From an uncultured Dehalococcoidales bacterium (GTDB lineage Bacteria > Chloroflexota > Dehalococcoidia > Dehalococcoidales > W111), in contig CAYUBP010000002.1 of the NCBI GenBank assembly GCA_964443115.1, positions 1 through 24,275 on the forward strand: 24,275 nt of DNA. Direction: 5' to 3'. Positions within the stretch are counted from its first letter, which is position 1, and each line of letters starts with the position of its first letter. This document shows positions 15,200-22,963 of the stretch, piece by piece. The notes under the pieces were generated by a model that was given only the letters and a program-made list of their open reading frames with translations, was not told the origin of the DNA and searched no databases. The translations under genes were made by a program, and so were the position numbers.

Positions 15200-15228
15200 A
15201 ATATAGCTAATATAGCTGTAGTATAGTT
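15200..15228 (+). promoter_or_regulatory. Tandem direct repeats upstream of yqeB
   Basis: AATATAGCT (15200-15208), AATATAGCT (15209-15217) and AGTATAGTT (15220-15228). Confidence 0.4.
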
Positions 15229-15275
15229 GTGACCCGCAAGATAGCGGGGAAAAGAATTATCATTGAGGGGGAGAA

Positions 15276-16085
15276 ATGCCTGGTTCTGACATTACCGTGC
15301 TAATCAAGGGGGCCGGAGAAATCGGCAGTGGCGTTGCCCACAGGCTAAGCCAGTGCCGGTTCCGGGTATGCCTCACGGAGTGCCCCCGCCCGCTCGCCGT
15401 ATGCCGGGGTACCGCCTTCTCCGAAGCCGTTTTTGACGGGGAAAAGACCATTGAGGGTATCACCGCAGAGCTTGTGCCGGCATCGGAGACATATCAGGTC
15501 TGGAGCCGGGGGAACATACCCCTGGTTATTGACCCCGACGCAATAGTGATAGGGCAGCTTAAGCCGGACGTAGTGGTTGACGCCATCATGGCGAAGCGGA
15601 ACACCGGTACCAGGATTACCGATGCCCCGCTGGTGATTGGCCTCGGGCCGGGGTTTAGCGCCGGCAGCGACGTCCACGTCGTGGTTGAGACCAGCAACAG
15701 TGAAAAACTCGGCAGAGTGATAAAGCATGGGCAGGCGGAGCCGAACAACGGTACGCCGGTAGCTATCGGGGGGCTCACGCGAGAGAGGGTGGGCTGGGCA
15801 CCCCGGGCGGGAGTGTTTATCTCCCGGCTGGAGCTGGGAGATAGTGTGGTCTCTGGACAGACGGTGGGGTGGGTCGGTGACCTGCCGATGGCGGCACCGT
15901 TAAGCGGCATCCTGCGGGGTCTGCTGCGGAGTGGGTTGGAGGTAGCCAGGGGAGACAAGCTATTTGAGGTTGACCCGGCAAACAGCCGGGACGTCTGCTA
16001 TACTATTAGGGACAAAATGCGCGTAGTTGCCGAAGGCGTTCTGAAGGCAATTACAAACTGGAGCCCGGGGGGTGTTTCATGCTAG
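15276..16085 (+). CDS. yqeB: YqeB/EF2563-family selenium-dependent molybdenum hydroxylase maturation protein
   Basis: IKGAGEIGSGVAHRL, AFSEAVFDG, VVDAIMAKRNTGT, IGLGPGF.AG.D and C-terminal biotinyl-like APLSG.LRG...GDKL.EVDP motifs. Confidence 0.88.
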   Translation: MPGSDITVLIKGAGEIGSGVAHRLSQCRFRVCLTECPRPLAVCRGTAFSEAVFDGEKTIEGITAELVPASETYQVWSRGNIPLVIDPDAIVIGQLKPDVVVDAIMAKRNTGTRITDAPLVIGLGPGFSAGSDVHVVVETSNSEKLGRVIKHGQAEPNNGTPVAIGGLTRERVGWAPRAGVFISRLELGDSVVSGQTVGWVGDLPMAAPLSGILRGLLRSGLEVARGDKLFEVDPANSRDVCYTIRDKMRVVAEGVLKAITNWSPGGVSC

Positions 16086-16879
16086 ACATCTACCAGGAAA
16101 TAACCGGACTGATAGCCAGAGGGGAGCGGGCAGTGCTTGCCACCGTCATCTCCAGCCGCGGCTCGGCGCCAAGAAAAGCCGGCTCCAAGATGCTCGTTAA
16201 GAGGGACGGCAGCTCTATCGGCAGCATCGGCGGCGGGGGCATTGAGGAGCAGATGAGGCAGAAGGCTATGGAGATAATGGACTCGGGTGCGCCGCAGGTA
16301 GTCCACTTTGACCTCTCCGGAAGCGGAGAGGAAGCAGCCATGATTTGCGGCGGGCAGGTGGACGTATTCATCGAGCCAATAGTGCCACCGGAGACGCTCT
16401 ATCTCTTCGGCGCCGGGCATATCTCCTACGGCACGGCGATAATCGGCAAGATGCTGGGGTTCCGGGTAGTGGTAATAGACCCGCGACCGGAATATACCAG
16501 CGCTGAGAGGCTCCCCGGTGCCGACCGGCTGCTCGTGGAAGACTACGACGACGCCTTCCCAAAACTGGACATAGACGAAAACAGCTACATCGTCATCTAC
16601 ACCCCGGGGCATGTCCTTGATGAGCAATGCCTCCAGTCTGCCGTCGGCACCAGAGCCAGGTATATCGGGATGATTGGCAGCAAGAAGAAGGTTAAGGAGA
16701 TTAAAGACCGCCTCTTAAAGAAGGGAGTAGCCCGCGAGAAGCTGGACAGGGTGCACGCTCCCATCGGGCTGGAAATCGGTGCCGAGACGCCGGAGGAGAT
16801 TGCGGTAAGCATACTGGCAGAGATAATCAAGGTGAGAAGAGCCAGCATGGACAGCGGACATAAGGGGGCGACGGGGTAA
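16079..16879 (+). CDS. xdhC: XdhC/CoxI-family Moco insertion chaperone
   Basis: GSAPRKAGSKM, GSIGGG, MICGG, FGAGHI, YIGMIGSKKK and APIGL.IGAETPEEIAVSI motifs. Confidence 0.93.
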   Translation: MLDIYQEITGLIARGERAVLATVISSRGSAPRKAGSKMLVKRDGSSIGSIGGGGIEEQMRQKAMEIMDSGAPQVVHFDLSGSGEEAAMICGGQVDVFIEPIVPPETLYLFGAGHISYGTAIIGKMLGFRVVVIDPRPEYTSAERLPGADRLLVEDYDDAFPKLDIDENSYIVIYTPGHVLDEQCLQSAVGTRARYIGMIGSKKKVKEIKDRLLKKGVAREKLDRVHAPIGLEIGAETPEEIAVSILAEIIKVRRASMDSGHKGATG

Positions 16880-17101
16880 ATGGCAAAGACGGGGATGATA
16901 TGCCCCTTCTCGGGCAGGTTGTGCGAAGACTGCGCCTCTTACCGCGGCAGGCATTACTTCCTGTGCTTCTGCGAAGCGTACCGGGGATACATGAAGACGG
17001 CAGACAAAAAACGTAAGGCAAAACCAAACGGGAAATTTGAGATGCCAGTGATAAAAATCAGCCGGGACATATTTGATGCGGCGTTAAAAGATATTAAATA
17101 A
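16880..17101 (+). CDS. 73-aa Cys-rich hypothetical protein
   Basis: ATG directly after the xdhC stop (TAAATG). N-terminal CPFSGRLCEDC..YRGRHYFLCFC. Confidence 0.75.
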   Translation: MAKTGMICPFSGRLCEDCASYRGRHYFLCFCEAYRGYMKTADKKRKAKPNGKFEMPVIKISRDIFDAALKDIK

Positions 17102-17110
17102 GGAGGTCTC

Positions 17111-17569
17111 ATGCTAATTGAAGGCAAATTTACGATGAAGGCGCCGAGGCAGGTGGTATGGGACTTCGTTATTGAACCAGGGACACTGGCTTCCTGCATC
17201 CCCGGTGCTGAGAAGATGGAAGCCGTTGACGACAATACCTGGGAAGGTGTGGTCATACAGAAGGTCGGGCCCATATCGGTGAAGCTCCACTTCACCCAGA
17301 CCCTCGTGGAAATTGACCCCCCTAAACACGTGAAAGCCATCGGCAAGGGTGCTGACGTGACCAAGGCGGGCACCTTCTCCCAAGAGACCATAGTTAACCT
17401 GAATGAAATCTCCCCAAACGAAACTGAGGTAGCATATACCTCCAATGTCAGCATGGTGGGCAAGCTGGCTACCTTTGGCGATAGGATAATGCGAGCCAAG
17501 GTCAAGTCGGTCGGTGAAGAGTTCACCAGGAACCTGCAGGAGAAACTCCGGAGCAAGATCGGCGGCTAG
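17111..17569 (+). CDS. coxG: CoxG/SRPBCC family protein
   Basis: F...APRQ.VWDF....LASCIPG, KVGPI and GKLATFG.RI motifs. AGGAGG SD. Confidence 0.88.
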   Translation: MLIEGKFTMKAPRQVVWDFVIEPGTLASCIPGAEKMEAVDDNTWEGVVIQKVGPISVKLHFTQTLVEIDPPKHVKAIGKGADVTKAGTFSQETIVNLNEISPNETEVAYTSNVSMVGKLATFGDRIMRAKVKSVGEEFTRNLQEKLRSKIGG

Positions 17570-17588
17570 ATGATAACGGAGGGTCAAG

Positions 17589-18488
17589 ATGATAAGAGAC
17601 TTTGAATACTTTGGCCCCAAGACACTAAAAGAAGCTCTTGCCCTGCTGGACAAATATCGGGATGAATACAAGGTAATCTGCGGCGGGCAGTCGCTGCTCA
17701 TCCTGATGCGGCAAGGGCTGGTTGCCCCCGAGCACCTGATTGACATCAAGGGCATAACCGAGCTGAGCTACATCAAGCCCGACGCTAAGAAGGGAATCAG
17801 GATCGGTGCCCTGACCACGCACCGGACGATAGAAAAATCGGCGGTGATAAAGAAGGGCTTTGCCGTCCTCGCCGGGATGGAACGGCGGCTAGCCTCAATC
17901 CAGACCCGGAACTGGGGAACCATTGGCGGCAACCTGTGCCACGGCGACCCGGCGGGAGACCCGGCGCCGGTGCTGATGGCGATGGGTGCCAGCCTGACCA
18001 TGGCCAGCGTAAACGGTACAAGAACCATGCCGGTTGAAGACTTCTTTCTGGACTACTTTGAGACGGCGCTGGAACCCGGGGAGTTGCTTACCGAGATTCA
18101 GGTACCTGCGCCGGCACCTCGTACCGGCACCGCCTACACCAAGTTCAACATCATCCAGAGTGACATGGCGACGGTAGGCGTCGCAGTATCAATTACCCTG
18201 GGCTCAGGCGACGGCGTCTGCAGTGATTGCCGGATAGCGCTGGGGGCGGCGGCACCGACCCCCATGAGAGCTAAAGATGCAGAGAAGTCACTCAAAGGCA
18301 AGCAGATTACGGAAAGCCTGCTCAAAAAAGCCGGGGAGATAGCTTCTACCGAGGCACAGCCAATAACCGATATCCATGCCTCAGACGACTACCGGAGAGA
18401 GCTGGTCAGGGTACTGGTAAAACGGGTCGGCCTGGAAGCCTTAGCCCGGGCTAAAGCTCAGGCTCATGAAGGAGGTCCCATAGCATGA
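17589..18488 (+). CDS. Xanthine-oxidase-family FAD-binding (medium) subunit
   Basis: P.TLKEAL, GGQSL, IGALTTH, RNWGTIGGNL, D.APVL and DIHAS..YR motifs. No [4Fe-4S] insertion. Confidence 0.93.
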   Translation: MIRDFEYFGPKTLKEALALLDKYRDEYKVICGGQSLLILMRQGLVAPEHLIDIKGITELSYIKPDAKKGIRIGALTTHRTIEKSAVIKKGFAVLAGMERRLASIQTRNWGTIGGNLCHGDPAGDPAPVLMAMGASLTMASVNGTRTMPVEDFFLDYFETALEPGELLTEIQVPAPAPRTGTAYTKFNIIQSDMATVGVAVSITLGSGDGVCSDCRIALGAAAPTPMRAKDAEKSLKGKQITESLLKKAGEIASTEAQPITDIHASDDYRRELVRVLVKRVGLEALARAKAQAHEGGPIA

Positions 18489-18964
18489 AGAAAGAGCTTA
18501 AGCTCACAGTAAATGGCCAGCCTTATGAACTGTCCATTAACCCCAAGACTCTCCTGGTTGAGGTACTGAGAGACCACCTGGGGCTCACCGGCACCAAGCG
18601 GGGCTGTAGCGACAGCGCCTGCGGTGCCTGTACTGTGATGCTCAACGGGATGGCGGTCAAGTCATGCTCGGTGCTGGCGGTCCAAGCCGATGGTTGCCAG
18701 GTCACCACCGTTGAGGGCCTGGCAGAAAATAATGAGCTCACCCCGCTACAGAAAGCCTTCCTTGACCATGGCGCCTATCAGTGCGGTTTCTGTACCTCGG
18801 GAATGCTGATGGCGACTACGGCGCTACTGGAGGAGAACGCTAGCCCCACCAAGGAGGAAATAAAAGAGGGTATTGACGGCAATATCTGCCGGTGCACAGG
18901 CTACAACAGTATTGTCCGGGCCGTAACCGATGTGGTCAAGGGTGTGTACAAGGAGGAGAAATGA
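18485..18964 (+). CDS. Xanthine-oxidase-family 2x[2Fe-2S] (small) subunit
   Basis: GTKRGCSDSACGACTV...SC, QCGFCTSG and CRCTGY. ATGA overlaps at both ends. Confidence 0.95.
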   Translation: MKKELKLTVNGQPYELSINPKTLLVEVLRDHLGLTGTKRGCSDSACGACTVMLNGMAVKSCSVLAVQADGCQVTTVEGLAENNELTPLQKAFLDHGAYQCGFCTSGMLMATTALLEENASPTKEEIKEGIDGNICRCTGYNSIVRAVTDVVKGVYKEEK

Positions 18965-21234
18965 GCAAGTTCTCAGTAGTCGGTACACGCGTACATAATG
19001 TTGACGGGCCGGAGAAAGTGACCGGCAGCGCCCGCTATACTTTTGATATGGTGCTACCCGGTATGCTATACGGTAAAATCCTGCGGAGCCCGTACCCCCA
19101 CGCCAGGATTCTTAACATTGACACCAGCAAGGCAGAGCAACTGACCGGGGTTAAGGCGGTGGTCACCGGCAAGGACACGCTGGGGCACAAGCAGGGTATC
19201 TGGCGGCGTTTCCCCGAGCTCTGTGACGAGCAAATCCTCTGCCGGGATAAAGCCCGCTTTATTGGCGACCCGGCGGCGGCAGTGGCAGCGATTGACGAGT
19301 CCACCGCCGAAGAGGCGCTGGACCTGATTGAGGTTGAATACGAACCGCTGCCAGCCGTATTTGACCCCATGGACGCCATTAAAGAGGACGCCCCCCAGAT
19401 TCATGACGGTGTGGAGCTTAATATCAACGTCACCCGCCACATTGAGTGGGGCGATGTTGATGAGGCATTCAAACAGTGCGACCATATCAGAGAGGACTAC
19501 TTCAAGTGCTCGTCACAGGCTCACGTCTGCATGGAGACCCACTGCGCTCTCGCCAGCTTCAGCTATGACAGCAAACTCACGGTGTGGACTTCAACCCAGT
19601 GCTCATACTACATCCAGGCTCTGCTGGCAGACATGCTGGGCTTGAGAGAGGGTGACATCAGGGTAATCAAGCCCCACACCGGCGGCGGCTTCGGCAGCAA
19701 GTTCGAGCTGGACTCAGCCCAGTTCTGCGCCTCGCTGCTGTCCATGAAGCTGTGCAAGCCGGTGAAGATAGTCCTCAGCCGCGAGGAGGAGTTTACGGCT
19801 ACCAAGCGGCGGACGCCGATGTACTACGCCATTAAGCTCGGCGCCAAGAAGGACGGCACCCTGCTGGCAAAAGAGGTCCGCGTCATCAGCAACGGCGGTG
19901 CCTACACCGGCATGGGGGCGACCGCCCTCTACCTCACCGGCTTCTTCTCATCATTCCCGTACAAGTACCCCAACTATCGTTATGATGGCTACCGGGTCTA
20001 CACCAACACCGAGCCGACATCAGCCATGCGCGGCTTCGGCGCCCCGCAATCAACATTTGTTGGCGAGTCCCAGATAGACATGATGGCGGAAGACCTGGGG
20101 ATAGACCCGATTGAAATCCGGCGTAAGAACGGCATGACCCCCAACTACGTGGTACCGGGTCAGGCCGTTATCCAGAGCTGCGGGCTGCACCAGTGCCTGG
20201 ACGCCATTGAGAAGCACATCAAGGAGCGGGGCAAGCTACCTCCCAACCACGGTATTGGTGTCTCCGCTTACGGGTTCATGTCTGGCGGCATCTTTAACTG
20301 GTTTGATACCCCCTACGCCTTCTCCGCAGCCCTGGTCAGGATAAACGTTGACGGCAAGGTTGACCTGTTCACCGGAGCCTGTGACATCGGCCAGGGCTCC
20401 AATACAACGCTGAGCATGATATGCGCCGAGGAGCTAGGCGTGAGGCTTGAGGACATCAGGATACACGCCGCTGACACCGGCATCTGCCCGGTGGACATTG
20501 GTGCCTGGGGCAGCCGGGAAACGCTGATGGCGGGCAATGCCGTCAAGATGGCAGCTGCCGAAGCCAAGAAACAGCTCCTGGAGTTTGCCGCTGCCAAGCT
20601 GGCACCCAACATCACCTACGAGCTAGACATCAAAGACCGCTGGGTTCACATCGTCAACCGCCCGGAGAGGGGTGTCTCCTACTACGACATCGTCAAAGAC
20701 GCAATCAGAGCCAAGGAAGGGGAGGCTATTATCGGGCGCGGGCACTATACCCCGCCCAGCGGCAAATTCGGCATGATTTCCCCGGCTTACAGCTTTGGCG
20801 TTCAGGCTGCCGAGGTTGAAGTAGACCCGGAGACAGGCAGGTACAAGCTGATAAACGTGACCACCGCCCATGAGAGCGGCACGGTCATTAACCCGGTGGG
20901 CATAGAAGGGCAGCTGGAAGGGGCAATCATGATGGCTGGCGGCTACGGCTACTGCGAGGACCTGCCCATGGACGAGGGCAAGATTCTCAACCCCTCCATC
21001 GCCGACTACAAGCTTATCCGCTCCATGGACATGCCGGAGACCAATATTCTGGCGATTGACACCTACGAACCCGAGGGACCGTTCGGCGCCAAAGAGGCTG
21101 GCGAAGGGCTCACCAATCCCACCGCCGGCGCCATCGGTAATGCGGTGTACAAAGCCGCCGGCGTGAGAATCTACGACCTGCCAATAACACCGGAGAAGGT
21201 CCTCAAGGCACTGAAGGAGAAGAGGGGCAAATAG
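18961..21234 (+). CDS. Xanthine-oxidase-family molybdopterin-binding (large) subunit, HcrA-like
   Basis: KVTGSARY, GGGFGSK, AMRGFGAPQ, DIGQGSNT, GQLEG and GAKEAGE motifs. True start is ATG 18961. Confidence 0.93.
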   Translation: MSKFSVVGTRVHNVDGPEKVTGSARYTFDMVLPGMLYGKILRSPYPHARILNIDTSKAEQLTGVKAVVTGKDTLGHKQGIWRRFPELCDEQILCRDKARFIGDPAAAVAAIDESTAEEALDLIEVEYEPLPAVFDPMDAIKEDAPQIHDGVELNINVTRHIEWGDVDEAFKQCDHIREDYFKCSSQAHVCMETHCALASFSYDSKLTVWTSTQCSYYIQALLADMLGLREGDIRVIKPHTGGGFGSKFELDSAQFCASLLSMKLCKPVKIVLSREEEFTATKRRTPMYYAIKLGAKKDGTLLAKEVRVISNGGAYTGMGATALYLTGFFSSFPYKYPNYRYDGYRVYTNTEPTSAMRGFGAPQSTFVGESQIDMMAEDLGIDPIEIRRKNGMTPNYVVPGQAVIQSCGLHQCLDAIEKHIKERGKLPPNHGIGVSAYGFMSGGIFNWFDTPYAFSAALVRINVDGKVDLFTGACDIGQGSNTTLSMICAEELGVRLEDIRIHAADTGICPVDIGAWGSRETLMAGNAVKMAAAEAKKQLLEFAAAKLAPNITYELDIKDRWVHIVNRPERGVSYYDIVKDAIRAKEGEAIIGRGHYTPPSGKFGMISPAYSFGVQAAEVEVDPETGRYKLINVTTAHESGTVINPVGIEGQLEGAIMMAGGYGYCEDLPMDEGKILNPSIADYKLIRSMDMPETNILAIDTYEPEGPFGAKEAGEGLTNPTAGAIGNAVYKAAGVRIYDLPITPEKVLKALKEKRGK

Positions 21235-21258
21235 TACATGAGGCAGGAGGGTTTATTG

Positions 21259-21477
21259 ATGAGCTATCACTGTCCGGTTTGTAATAAGGTTTCAAGCACC
21301 GCTTACGACCTTGCCCGCCACATGATTGGGCGGGGAGACAAGGTGCACCGGGACTGGATTAACTCTAAAGACCTAAAGTACTCCGAGTTGCTGGCATTGC
21401 AGTTCAAGTCCTTTGGCGGCGAGGGCTATAAAGCCCTGGCCAAGGTGCTGGAAGAGGAGACCAAGGTTGAAGACTAG
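21259..21477 (+). CDS. 72-aa C2H2-like zinc-finger microprotein
   Basis: AGGAGG SD before ATG 21259. Pattern C-x2-C-x12-H-x8-H (CPVC...DLARH...KVH). Confidence 0.75.
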   Translation: MSYHCPVCNKVSSTAYDLARHMIGRGDKVHRDWINSKDLKYSELLALQFKSFGGEGYKALAKVLEEETKVED

Positions 21478-21550
21478 CCCGCCTTTCTAGCGAACATGAT
21501 TGTTGTTTTGTTACCGTTATTATAGCCCAAAATCTTCCCAGGAGGCATCA

Positions 21551-22951
21551 ATGGTTGGTATTGTTTCGTACGGCGCTTACATTCCAAAGTGGCGGCTGAG
21601 CCGGGAGCTGTTGCGGAAGGGGATGAAAGGAGAAAAAGCAGTGGCTGCCCCTGACGAGGACAGTGTTACCATGGCAGTAGCGGCAGCACTGGACTGTCTT
21701 AATGGAACCGACCGCTCGTCCATTGACGGTCTTTTTTTTGCCTCCACAACGGCTACTTACCGTGAGAAGCAGATAGCTACCATAGTAGCAGCGGCGGCTG
21801 ACCTCCGCCGTGATATCATAACCGCTGATTTCGCCAATTCTCTACGCGCCGGTACCGGTGCTCTTAAGGCAGCTATTGATGCCGTTAAGGCGGGCTCGGC
21901 AGAAAAAGTACTGGTCGTCGCCAGTGATGTCCGCCTCGGCGGACCCGGCTCGGAGCAGGAGCTGGAGGTGGGCGACGGAGCGGCAGCGGTAATTGTTGGC
22001 AAGAATGACGTTGCCGTTGAGATTGAAGACAGCTACTCCGTTGCCAATGAGGTCTTTGATGTCTGGAGAGCCGAGGATGACAGGTTCATCCGTGCCTGGG
22101 AAGCCCGCTTCGCCCAGACTGCCGGGCTGTTCAAGGTAGTTCCGGAGGCGGTTGAGGGACTGCTCAAGAAGTCAGGCTGCAAAGCCCAGGACTTTGCTAG
22201 GTTGGTAACCTATGCCCCGAACCCGAGACAGGCGGCGGAGCTGGGCAAGATGCTCGGCTTTGACCCCAGGACACAGATACAGGACTCCATTTTTGACGCC
22301 GTCGGCAACACGGGCACGTCCTACGCACTAATGCTGCTGGTAGCGGCTCTGGAGCAAGCCAATGCCGGCGACCGCTTCATGCTCGCAAGCTACGGGAACG
22401 GCAGCGATGCCTTCTCGCTGCGGGCAACAGAGGCACTGGCGAAGCTCAAGGGGAACCGGCGCGGCGTCGCCGTTCACATTCAGTCAAAGCGCTCGGTCCC
22501 TGATTATGTCACCTATCTTAACTGGCGGAAGCTGATGCCCAGGGGCATGGTGATTAACCAGCTCTACTTCTGGACATATCCCTCAGCGCCGCCAATAAAC
22601 CGGGAGCGGAACCGTATTTACCCGCTGCACGGGACAAAATGCCAGAACTGCGGTAATATCCAGTTCCCCCCGCAGCGGGTGTGCGCCTTCTGTCATACTA
22701 AAGACAGGATGGAGGAAGTACGGCTGTCCGATAAGAATGCCACTCTATTCTCCTTCTCCACCGAGTTTGCCAGCGGGCAGCTTATCGGCATCGTTAACTT
22801 TGAGGGTGGCGGCAGGATATGGTGCAACATAGTTGATGCCAACTATAAAGACCTTGAAATCGGCATGCCCGTAGAGATGAGCTTCAGGGAAGTGCTCTTT
22901 GAAATGGGCATGCATGACTACTACTGGAAAGCGGTACCACGAAGGGCTTAA
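21551..22951 (+). CDS. HMG-CoA synthase/KAS-III-like domain fused to a DUF35 (Zn-ribbon + OB-fold) domain
   Basis: GIVSYGAYIP, DEDSVTMA, GDGAAA, VGNTG and SYGNG motifs. C-terminal KCQNCG..QFPPQRVC..C and IGMPVEM.FR. GGAGG SD before ATG 21551. Confidence 0.88.
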   Translation: MVGIVSYGAYIPKWRLSRELLRKGMKGEKAVAAPDEDSVTMAVAAALDCLNGTDRSSIDGLFFASTTATYREKQIATIVAAAADLRRDIITADFANSLRAGTGALKAAIDAVKAGSAEKVLVVASDVRLGGPGSEQELEVGDGAAAVIVGKNDVAVEIEDSYSVANEVFDVWRAEDDRFIRAWEARFAQTAGLFKVVPEAVEGLLKKSGCKAQDFARLVTYAPNPRQAAELGKMLGFDPRTQIQDSIFDAVGNTGTSYALMLLVAALEQANAGDRFMLASYGNGSDAFSLRATEALAKLKGNRRGVAVHIQSKRSVPDYVTYLNWRKLMPRGMVINQLYFWTYPSAPPINRERNRIYPLHGTKCQNCGNIQFPPQRVCAFCHTKDRMEEVRLSDKNATLFSFSTEFASGQLIGIVNFEGGGRIWCNIVDANYKDLEIGMPVEMSFREVLFEMGMHDYYWKAVPRRA

Positions 22952-22963
22952 GAAGGAGGAGTT

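Noticed and set aside
18892-18960. Upstream start for the Mo large subunit
   Set aside because: It overlaps the 2Fe-2S gene. ATG 18961 gives standard ATGA coupling. The extended starts at 21238, 21500, 9573 and 14523 are disfavoured for similar reasons.
17111-21234. Aerobic CO dehydrogenase (coxMSL/coxG) call
   Set aside because: The large subunit lacks the Cu-binding AYRCSFR loop; it has AMRGFG. CoxG and XdhC also accompany non-CODH enzymes.
17589-21234. Bona fide 4-hydroxybenzoyl-CoA reductase
   Set aside because: The FAD subunit lacks the HcrB [4Fe-4S] insertion, and the loop is MRGFG rather than MRGHG.
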